A stretch of DNA of 64,000 bases from NCBI RefSeq assembly GCF_964204645.1, contig NC_134035.1, positions 3,596,001-3,660,000 of the forward strand, read 5' to 3'. The notes below the pieces were generated by a model that made no database searches, had not been told where the DNA came from, and saw only the letters and a list, made by a program, of their open reading frames with translations. Positions 54,240 to 64,000 of the stretch are shown here, one piece after another (position 1 is the stretch's first letter; each line of letters opens with the position of its first letter). The translations under genes were made by a program, and so were the position numbers. The DNA is from Tubulanus polymorphus (taxonomy: Eukaryota; Animalia; Nemertea).

Positions 54240-54353
54240 CACATTATAGGTCGAAATTGGATAATCTATCCTATGTAACAGTAGTACAAACATTGAAAAA
54301 CTCTTTAAGACGACCAGAAGAGTCTGCAAAGGTATACCCAGGCCACCGGCAAC
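54215..54353 (-). other. 3'UTR terminal exon of the Cys-rich peptide gene
   Basis: Acceptor TTACTCTTCATTGTCATTGCAG at 54354; AATAAA on the minus strand at 54239-54234. Confidence 0.55.
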
Positions 54354-54727
54354 CTGCAATGACAATGAAGAGTAAATCTACATAAACGCTAGTAAGTTTT
54401 TAGAAAAAAGAGAAATTGTGGTCTGTTGCATGAGTACTGCTGCTATATTATTCTATTCTATGTATTTCATATTCTCTTATGTGCAGTAGAAAGGCGACCT
54501 GGCGGGTCAACTTTTAAGCTTAGCCGATATCGGAAACAACGTATCAATCTTTTTGCCTTAAAACCGCATCGGCTGGTAGCTATATACCAAACCCCGGAAA
54601 GCGAGAATGGCTTTTAATATGACATTCGACATCGGGGCCAAATATCTGGCTCATCCCTGTTTAAACCGCTTGTCCTTAAACCGCTTGTTCGGGCCGTTTT
54701 CTTACCTCGCGTCGTATCTTTCAAAGT

Positions 54728-54954
54728 TTACTTTTTATCCTTCAAATCGGCACACTTCGCCTTGCACCTGTCGAACGAGTCGTGCGCGTTGTTCTCGCAC
54801 ACGCGGCACTCGTCGCTGTCCGGGTCGGGTTCGCATCCTTTGAAGTCGCATCGCGGCAGCCATCGGTTCTGCAGCTTCCACCAACAGTATCGCTTGCATT
54901 CGGTCTTCGTTTCATACAGAAACGATAGTCCATAAACTGTAATAGACAATATAG
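54728..54954 (-). CDS. secreted 8-cysteine peptide, main coding exon (candidate helical-hairpin toxin-like peptide)
   Basis: First AG after a long (CT)n tract (CAG at 54957-54955; alternative acceptor at 54937). Frame xILSITVYGLSFLYETKTECKRYCWWKLQNRWLPRCDFKGCEPDPDSDECRVCENNAHDSFDRCKAKCADLKDKK*. Locally high GC, gene-like codon usage, and a strong donor GAG|GTAAGA at 54705. The exon carrying the start codon is not identified uniquely. Confidence 0.75.
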
Positions 54955-54963
54955 CTGTCGGTC

Positions 54964-55006
<43 letters not shown>

Positions 55007-56030
55007 TGAGAGAGAGGGGGGAGTGAGGGAGATTGAGTCATTTTTTACATTAAACAACTTCATTTTTCTCCATTTCGGAACATGTTATTATCAGGCGAAA
55101 AATATTCATAAAGATTAATGATGTCACAACAATATTCGGCCGTTTCCTAAGATTCGATTATGCCTTCAATTCTAGGGGGTAAGATATTCAAGGTATCCTC
55201 CATTGTCAAGGTTCAGTGTCCCAGTTTGCTTTCGATTTTGCAGTTCCTTATCAAGGAAACACAGGAAAGAATCGAATTCCTCTAATGGTGAGCTTGTAAT
55301 TGATCTCGGAAAAGTCTCTTCGGTATCCCGACAAAAGAATTCAGATCTTCGAGATTTCGTTTCACGGTTCTGAGTTAGAGTTAATTACGAGCTAAGATCA
55401 GTTCATGCTTAATCTTTACTGGAATCGTTATTCTAAAATCTTAAGTTCATTTTCAATTTAGGTTAACTCTCGACTGATATAGGAACTGGGTGCTGGATAC
55501 CGTTACACTGCCACCAAAATCGAGCCATCTTTATAGACATAACACTTAATCTTTATCAAAACTTTGCAGCGAATATGACTGGAATATTCAAATGAATTTT
55601 AGAATTCCGTACATGCGTTCGAGTTAAACGCACATTCGCTTGGCGCAATTATTGGATTTAGCAAAATGAAACCCGCATGGGATGGACATTACATTTAAAC
55701 GACACAGCACGAACAACTTCGTACAACGCGTCAAGAGTGATGATAATCACGCATTCTGCAATAATTCCAGTAATCACAAACTCACGCGAGATATCGCGAG
55801 ATGTATAATATATGTATGTATAGCTCGTCTTGAATTTAATTTTCAAATTCGTAAAACGCTTCCTCGTGGTTGATATATACTCGGTGCTAGTGTAACGGGA
55901 ACCTACCCCCCCCCCGAAATTATAACCCACGCTCGATCTTTCTAGTCCAACGATTGCTAGTGTCCGTGTACGGGATTCCGTGTGTTTAGATATTTATGAA
56001 TATCATAATCATTAAGATAAAAACCCACTT

Positions 56031-56255
56031 TCTACGAATTTAAAGAATTTAAAAACAAGAAATTCATTTATTCGAACAATCTGAAATATATGAAATACAC
56101 GACGTTTCGGTCTCACCCTAGAGATCATCGTCAGGTGTGTTTTATCGTCACCTGACGATGATCTCTAGAGTGAGATCGAAACTTCGTGTATTTTATATAT
56201 TTTAGATTGTTCGAGTAAATAAATTTCTTGTTTTTAAATTCTTTTAATTTGTAGA
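56031..56255. mobile_element. fold-back (inverted) pair of Penelope-type terminal repeats, each with a minimal hammerhead
   Basis: Arms of about 100 bp. Minus copy ACAC-CTGACGA-T-GATCTC..GAGACC-GAAA-CGTC-GTGT (56138-56097); plus copy CAC-CTGACGA-T-GATCTC..GAGATC-GAAA-CTTC-GTG (56149-56188). Confidence 0.7.
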
Positions 56256-57284
56256 TAGTTTTATCTTTTTATCCGTTCACCACGTTTGAGTGTGGTTATC
56301 ATGCTATCATAATCATTATCATATTTATCATTATCATGTTACTTGGTAAATATAATATGTAGGCGCCACGCTAACAACAAGCTATCCCTGTATAAACTTA
56401 ACGTAATTACAACAACAAAAACTAAATCGGAAAATGTGATAACCATCACGATTTAGTTCACTTAGGTTTTTTGTAATCACGTTCCTCGAACCGTTGATTG
56501 TGGCATTAGCGTTTTCAAGGTTCTCATTCACCGCTAACGAAGCGGATGAGAAGAACCATTGACCAATGACTAACGCTACTATTAATTGCCGATGTCACGA
56601 AAGGCCTGTAACTCTTCGGTGGAAAACTCGGGGAATAAATCAGATATACTTAAATAGGAATTCGTTTATTTATTCGCGTATGTGCATACAAGTAGCGAGG
56701 ATAGAACGCCGTTAAGGCCAACTAGACGACGGTTATAGGAGTTATCGAATTGATGTGGAATCTATTGTCGTCTGCGCAATCATGACGCTTTCGTTAAACG
56801 GCGAGTATTATGAATTTCCGATGCAATTATTCATGATGTTTGCTATCATACTGCGCTGGTCCGAGTCCCCGTGTATATATTTGCCGTTTAGTTCGATCGA
56901 AACACTGAACAATGTACGATTCTGTAGGATGTGCTCTTGTAGTAATTGTACAAACGACGGATTTGCATCGAATAACGAGTTATTGAAACACACTCTAATC
57001 CGTGAATAATTTAAGCGAGATTAAAAGCTCGATAATTTCAAAGTTTACCGAGTCAACAACCTTTCGACTGTTTCCTATAATCAGACGGAATCACCAGGTG
57101 GACTAGCCGGAATGCTGTGGTCTTGACAAACTTCACGGTTTTCGAGCTTTTTAGTCTCCACTCGTGGGAGTTCTCTTCATTGTCATGAACATTATACAGA
57201 AATAACTAAAATATTCTTCCTACGCACATTTCGAAACATACTATATTTCAATATATGGACAGACATGTGAAGGTTGAAGGACGT

Positions 57285-57500
57285 GTGATCCTACGACTGG
57301 TCTTAAAGTAGATTGGCTATAGAACTTAAATGAGCTTAGACTGATCTTAAGTTTGTAGAAGATTGGCTATAGAACTAAGTTGGTCTTAAACTAGTCTTAA
57401 CTAAGTTGTAACAGTGTGTAATTAGCCACAGTCTGGTTATAGAGTGGTCCATTTTGGTCCAATAGTGGTCTTCAACCGTTGCGACTAACAGCCTTAAGTT
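57285..57500 (+). repeat. dispersed element with internal ~45-bp AGATTGGCTATAGAACTAAGTTGGTCTTAGACTGGTCTTAAG repeats
   Basis: Same family at ~22170-22290 (-), ~29900-30020, ~44600-44860 and ~58240-58500. Confidence 0.7.
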
Positions 57501-57506
57501 GAAAAA

Positions 57507-57623
57507 GATTGTCATTTCTTTTTATCTGAAAAACACATGACCTCAATTAGATCTCTAAGACCGACTACTGTGTAGAGATCTAATTGAGGTCATGTGCTTT
57601 TCAGAGAAAAAGAAATCACAATC
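57507..57623. repeat. inverted repeat (hairpin, ~45-bp arms)
   Basis: CACATGACCTCAATTAGATCTCTA / TAGAGATCTAATTGAGGTCATGTG. Confidence 0.85.
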
Positions 57624-58544
57624 GTTGTTTTGGTTTTAAGAGACAAAGAGTATCTCGCTGATTCGCGCAAACAAACGCTCGTTCAATATTTTGACGCCGA
57701 ACTCAAACCGGACTGAGAATCGTTAAGCGTCCTCTGAACACTGCGCGCTCGACGTCGTTAGGTCCTTTTTAACCCACGCACTATATCGCGGCAATTTTCT
57801 CTAACCGGGGCGATTAGGGGGCCTTCCGTTTTAATGGGACATCAAAGCCGAGACTTTTCGTGTTCGCGACACAAAATTCGCTTTCACGTCGCAGTTTTCT
57901 CGTCCCGTTCTCTTTTAGCGCCTTTTGATGATCGCAGATTGCGCCGAAATTGGCAAATCAAATAACAAATTAGCGTCACACGAAAAGAGCCACTCGGCGA
58001 CAAATTACAAGACAGAGTAATGCGGGTTAATTTTCTGCGCCTAATTTGCGTGTTTGTGAATTTCGTCGCGTGGAATTTCCGTTGTTTTTGCGTCTTTAAA
58101 TTCGCGCGAAGTGTCGCGAATTTCGTCGGGATGAAATCGTCGTTTTAACGTCGATCGATTCAAATCTCAAGTGGAATCGGATGTTAAGACTGCTTATAAG
58201 TTCTCACGTGTATATGTTTAGAATACGAATATTGTTTTACTGGTCTTAAGCTGTTAGATTGGTTTTAGATCTCTAAGATTCGAGATTTGCTACTGAAATA
58301 ATTTGATCGTAGACTGGTCTAACGTTGTTAGATAAGCTGGAACTAAGTCTGTCTAAGACTGGTCTTAGGTCGTCAGGTTGTCTATGGAACTAAATGAGCT
58401 TGGACTGGTCTGAAGTTGTTAGATTGGCTATAGAACTAAGTTGATCTTAGACTGGTTTTAAGTTGTTAGATTGGCTATAGAACTAAGGTTGCTATGGGTC
58501 TGGATGTGATCACGATTGGTAGAACACTATATCCGTGTTGACGC

Positions 58545-58770
58545 GATGAGGAGAGAATCCCACAATGATAATAACAAGTCCGAAAATGAAACTTCGAGAT
58601 AGTAGTTTATTTCAACGTTTCGACTATATCCTAATAGTCATCTTCAGGAATAATGGAAGAATTATTCCTGAAGATGACTATTAGGATATAGTCGAAACGT
58701 TGAAATAAACTACTATCTCGAAGTTACATTTTCTGACTTTTTATTATCATTGTGGGATTCTCTCCTCGTC
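58545..58770. mobile_element. near-perfect inverted pair of hammerhead-containing Penelope-type repeats
   Basis: Arms of about 110 bp. TTC-CTGAAGA-T-GACTAT(taggat)ATAGTC-GAAA-CGTT-GAA on both strands (plus core at 58668-58701), followed by AATAAA. Confidence 0.75.
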
Positions 58771-61700
58771 CGGCCGTAAGTCTAATCCATATGAAACCGG
58801 CCGTCCCCTGTATCGCTATAACCGGAAAGGAATTCCGTTCTGAAATGATTGTTATCTGTATCGAGATATTTACTCAGCGAGTCCTCTTGTCCGAATTTAA
58901 TCTCGACTGTTTGCCTTACCACGCATCAACCCGTCGGCCGCCGTCGCTCAGAGATTTCTAGGTATAACAATGCGCGCGCGCGCAAAACCGACGACAGATT
59001 CTGCTATACGGAAATGAACATCTTTCGCGAAAAGTATGATTGATGATGAAGCGGCGACGATCGAATAATGTTTCCATTCTTGTGACTTTAGAACAGCGGC
59101 CGATGATGACGTTGATCGAGGCATCGAGGGAAGGGAAAGCACAGAACTGCGCAACGAAAAGGTTGCTCTAAATGTCTGTATCAACTTTGTGGCCTAGCTC
59201 AGTCAGTTTTAGTAGTACATAATACCCGCCAAAGATATTGATAGGACCAGCACAGACGGTTTTTTGATCTAAAACATCGATGTTTAATCCATTTTACATC
59301 GTATGGTAGGATTACCAAACAGTCATCTTTAAATGGAGGCGGAATAGAGAAAGCGAATTTCCCCTATTCCACTCCATTCCAAGAGACGTTTTAGTGGTAA
59401 AGCAAAAATACAATGTAAAACAGGTTCAAATTGATGATTTAGTTCAACTCTGCCCGTTTTTTCACCAAGAACCTCAGCGCCCGATGTACCACAGTTCGCT
59501 AGGCTCGTAAAGCGACGGAGATCTCAGTGGAGACAACCACTGCCAGGACTGGGTGAACCTGTATTCTGGCCCTATTACGGGGACCACGAGCTATAGACCA
59601 CCCCCGACGACCTCTCAAGCCAAGTTCTGAAACAGACATTAGACAAGCGTCGGTGTGTGGTATGTATTCGCCGATTGAATTCGGCCGCTGATCATAAAAA
59701 CCGAAAGCGCCACTTTCTCCACCGCGAAGATGATAATAACCCTGCACGAGACTGCATCTCCTCAATCACGGCCCCGGTTTGATTACATCGTATGTGCGCC
59801 ACTGGTAATTTGTGTCTTGTCGGTCGTCCACGAGCCGGACCATTATCCGTTATCATATACTCGCATTTTCATGTAAATCCGGCCAGAAATTGCTCCTTTA
59901 AATTCAATAGCCATCGACTCATGAATTTTTCATGCCGGCCACCGCCGATTGTGGATAGCAGACATGATTGTACTGATTATGCGACATCGGCGGCGATTGT
60001 TTTCAGATCAAAGGCCATATCGGTTTTTACGGCCGGAATGAAAAATCTGTGTGATGTGCAATCGGTTATTTGCCCGCTGGCGCGTAACCGATCGCGCCTT
60101 ATCATTAACCGCCTACACCGCACTCAATTTCAACCCTACGTCCAGGATTCGGATAGGCTTCTATACAGTAAACACCCTTCTCCATATAACGAAGACTTTT
60201 CTACACGTACAACGAACGCGTCACTCGTCCACAAACTTCACTTCCAAACCGGGAACCATATTTTCTATTAAGTTCATTTTCAAGTTGAGAGAACCTCTCT
60301 TATCAATATGAACGCTTCCCTCAAAGGGAACCGTGGACACATTTTCTGGTACCGAACGAATACTTTGACCTCTCAAATGAAAGCATGAAAGAACAGCCCT
60401 TTCTTGTCATGAAAATAGTCGCTGAATGAGTTTATCAAACTTTTTCAAAGATAATGAGCAAAATCCAAACCATTTATTTTGCTTTCTCTGATGATGGTGT
60501 CTAGTCAAAACTTCGAAACCGTCAGACAATAAACTGTTAAATCATCAACAGGTTTTGTTCATTTAATACTGCGATCAACATCAGTTTATTTTCGAAATCG
60601 TTTTCTGTAAAATTCTCAATTATGTCTCTTTCCTGATGCTGCAGCTGCTGCTGCTGATGCTGCTGCGATACGATGTAAATAACGCTATCAAAAGCGCGAT
60701 TTATTATCGCCATCGAAAATCGTTTTATCGACTGCAATAACAGATATACACAGACAGACATCGACGACAACCGACGTGTAAACACGACTCTCGACGATTT
60801 GAAATCTCGGCCGCCGATGAAAACCCTCAACTTTCAGTTTACCTAACGGCGTCTTCGTACAGAGCGCCGCGGATAATGAGCAATCTTGCCCGGGATCACA
60901 GGAAAAACGAATTGTTCGGTAAATCGACGGTATTTGCCGATCATTATTCGGCGGTTTTGAAATATTGTAATAAATACCGGCGTCGAATCTTCGCCGGAAG
61001 GTCAGTGTTTCGTCGTCGTGTAATTGCATCCCGATGTTCGCCATCCGATAAAAGGCTTGTCGTGTTCAGCGACGTTAAGTGCGCGTAGCACGTTCGGATG
61101 TTGTATACGCGCTAAGCACTATGCGTTATTAAAGCCCCCCGTGTCGTTGTCATTACCGCCGAAATTGAGTTACGCGTGTGAAATCGCATTAAAATCGTGT
61201 GTTCAATATTCTAACACCGAAAGGCACTAGGTCCGTTAAACTAGCTCAGACAATCTGGGTGATTAATCTATATAATTCATATACGCAACAGTTATGGACA
61301 AAAGCCTGATGCAATCGACGCCGGGAACTGCCCTCACAAACATGACTTTCTGTAACTCGTTTTCGCGGGGAAAATGCGACGAATCGCGGGAAGCGAGTTT
61401 TAAGCCTTTGAATAATATACTACTGTTAAAAATTGCGAAACAGAATTTCGGTGTTTTTTTGTTTCTATGTTTTTGAACTCGGAATCAGAAACGAGCTTGA
61501 TCTCGTAAATATAGGTTTCCCGAAAAAAAAAATGTTTCTCCTTTCTGGCAAACGCACGCGACGCAGGTAAACGCTCAGAAACATTTTACTGCCTCTTGTT
61601 TCCCACGTTTCCTTTCGGCGCTGGGCTTAAGGGGATGATGCGACGACGGAAGCGCGAAGGACATGAGAGAGAGAATAAGCCTCGAATTAAACTATAAAAG

Positions 61701-62744
61701 AAAACTTTCTGAATTATTGAATTACGAATCAGTCAATATTTCCCATCACAACGAGCGAGACGAATTCCTAAATTAATCTTCGCTTTAAACGGCGTTTGTT
61801 TATTTCGCTCGTATAATCTTCTTCATTAGAATTTCGATTCGGATTTCGGAGAGCGGGAATGAGCTGTAAGCGCAATCGACTCACTCGAAATCGAGCAATT
61901 ATTTTACTTCGGAATTCACGGTTATATGCGCTTGATGGTTTCAGCAATATCGAATAGCGGTGGAAATTCAATTTGTCGTCAGTGACATCCGTTCTAAACA
62001 CCAGCCATTAATGAAAGACATCTCTTTTTCGTCTTTCAATCGCGCGTGTGGTATAAGGGGTCCGTGTATTACCTGCGACATGGCGCGCTTGGTTTCTCAT
62101 CAAGACATCCATGTCGTCACCGGCTATCGGCAAACTCATATCTCACCATCTTTCGGTGACATGCCACCACCCCCGAGTTCATTAGTATCAGACACCGACG
62201 GCAACGCCGAACTTCCTAACTGCCGTTTCTCATAATAAACCTCATCTATCCGCAGAGGAAACCTCGACACCCGAATCGTTATGTAAATCGAATAGCCGCG
62301 CGTTGCCGTCACTAATGGAATCGCTTTTATCGTACGATTAACGATCATATCGACTGAGAGATATATCGTTCGGCAGCGGCAACAACAACGCGGGATTATT
62401 CGAATTCTTCGCGATGTATTCTAACAGTCCCCCGTTTTGTTTAACGCACCGCTCAAACGGTTCAAGCCGTCGCGAATGATGACTGATATTTTCCGAGGAT
62501 GTTTCCGTGGCCGTTCCCATAGCTCGGGAAAGTGAAACTTTGGTTGTTTGTTACGAGATTGTTTTTAGAAGTTAGAAATAGTAATAGTAATCTAACTTCA
62601 ATAGCGTCCTTTTGACTTTTCACTGTGAAACAATGTTCAACGGCGCTTTCCTGGTAATCTTACCCCAGTCTACTCTACCATTTATCAGTCATCTCTCCCT
62701 GGGGAAAAGTAACATCATCTACTAGGCGCTCTGGAGTCATCCAT

Positions 62745-62850
62745 CAGGCGTACCCCATTTACTCCTGGGTTAAGAGAGGCAATAAGGATAAGTGTCTTGC
62801 CCGGGGACACGACCTGGCTTCCCGGAGTCGAACGCTCAAACCACTCGCCC
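62745..62850 (-). mobile_element. SINE core-domain fragment
   Basis: Minus strand GTGTCCCCGGGCAAGACACTTATCC..TTGCCTCTCTTAACCCAGGAGTAAATGGGGTAC, typical of the conserved central domain of metazoan tRNA-SINEs. Confidence 0.45.
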
Positions 62851-63605
62851 ACACCGCACGCTCAAGTTGACACTCGAGCGATAACCCAGTAAGTGACCAC
62901 GCAGAGTAGTTTAAGGAAAAAGAGAGATATGAACAAGACGCGTGTCGCTGGGTCTTATATACCCATAAAAAGAAAGGTTATCGTAAAATCTGAAACAATA
63001 GCCAGAAAGCTAGACAAATTATCAGTACTAACCATAATGACCACAGTTCACGGGATTGAGTGATTAGCCTATTGTGGCCTGTGCATTCGTCGTCTTATGG
63101 AACAGTATTCTCCATAGATTGATAGAAATGATGTGTATCTATATATCAAAACGAATTAACGAATTTGCGTCGAACTAGGATTGTTTAGCGGCGGGAAAAC
63201 ATCAGCTCCCGGGACGCAGATGATACCGACTGTTTGTCAAACAATATTCCCCGCAACGACGCTGCCGGGCAGCACGTTTCAAAAACATCACGAATATCCC
63301 CATTTCCCCAGCACCGATTAGTGTTATAGTCATACAGGTAAACACGAATAGGTGTTTATATCATCACAATGGTCACCGGCTATGCGGTCGGTTGATGCTG
63401 GAAATTACAGATAACTGAAAGTCGGCTCATGAAGGTGGTGTTTATTCATCATAATCAATGATGCTGATCTCGTGGCGATCTCGCGAACTCATGAAATCCG
63501 CTAGCGGTTTAACCACAATTAGAAGATTCGTAAGGGAGACGTGTTAAACGAAATCTACTAATTCATTAAATAACGGGGAAAATCCCTATTTCAGGGATCA
63601 GGCGT

Positions 63606-63778
63606 GACGAGACGAACAGTACTTTAACGGTTAACTAGTTTATTAGACGCACGAGCTTTCGCTACTAATGTATAGTAGCATCATCTCTCATTCACCCGAT
63701 GAATCTACTATACATTAGTAGCGAAAGCTCGTGCGTCAAAGGAAATAGTTAACCTATGAAGTACTACTCGTTTCGTTA
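63606..63778. mobile_element. inverted pair of hammerhead-type repeats (GAAAGCTC subfamily)
   Basis: GATGA..CTACTATACATTAGTAGC-GAAA-GCTC-GTG on both strands; related partial copy at ~48780-48870. Confidence 0.55.
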
Positions 63779-64000
63779 TCATTTATTGCTTATTCATTAA
63801 TTCTGTACAAATTTTATAAACTATTTTTGCTAAAAAAATATATACCCCGCAAATGAGTAGAATAGATACAGTGAGACGATTAGCACTTTAAAGGTTGACA
63901 GTTTATTTCGCGCATCTATGTACTATTTAAAAGCCGCGATCACACGGAGATGATTTGGCACGGATCAGGCTCGGGCCAAATTTGACCCGTACCTAATTAG

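Noticed and set aside
59225-59270. IKKPSVLVLSISLA segment as signal-peptide exon of the Cys-rich gene
   Set aside because: In-frame TAG immediately upstream, weak donor, and it lies in an imperfect inverted repeat.
59792-60271. 159-aa ORF
   Set aside because: No recognisable motif or coding bias; probably a chance ORF in CpG-rich DNA.

Overview
Eukaryotic (invertebrate, intron-containing) genomic DNA that is AT-rich but not CpG-depleted. The gene content points to a lophotrochozoan, possibly a nemertean; this is inference only. Three protein-coding loci are supportable. (1) A minus-strand Wamide (MIP/allatostatin-B/WWamide family) neuropeptide precursor, CDS 13539-12610, encodes 13 amidated peptides. 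Most have an unusually short W-X4-W core and one ends in GLWamide. (2) A 13-exon plus-strand LRRC74-like leucine-rich-repeat protein with a C-terminal EF-hand pair spans 46655-53847 (648 aa by my exon join). (3) Tail-to-tail with it is a small minus-strand spliced gene (main exon 54954-54706) for a probably secreted 8-Cys peptide. Its symmetric cysteine ladder resembles helical-hairpin nemertean B-type neurotoxins, and it is the best candidate for something undescribed. The non-coding DNA is dense with minimal hammerhead-ribozyme motifs of the Penelope-like-element type. Many sit as ORF-less head-to-head inverted pairs, and a 49-bp satellite appears to be built from a degenerate hammerhead unit. 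Also present are MITEs (one flanked by an exact 54-bp direct repeat), tRNA-derived SINE fragments, an L2/CR1-type LINE remnant, and mini- and microsatellites. No prokaryotic features, CRISPR arrays or rRNA/tRNA genes were seen.
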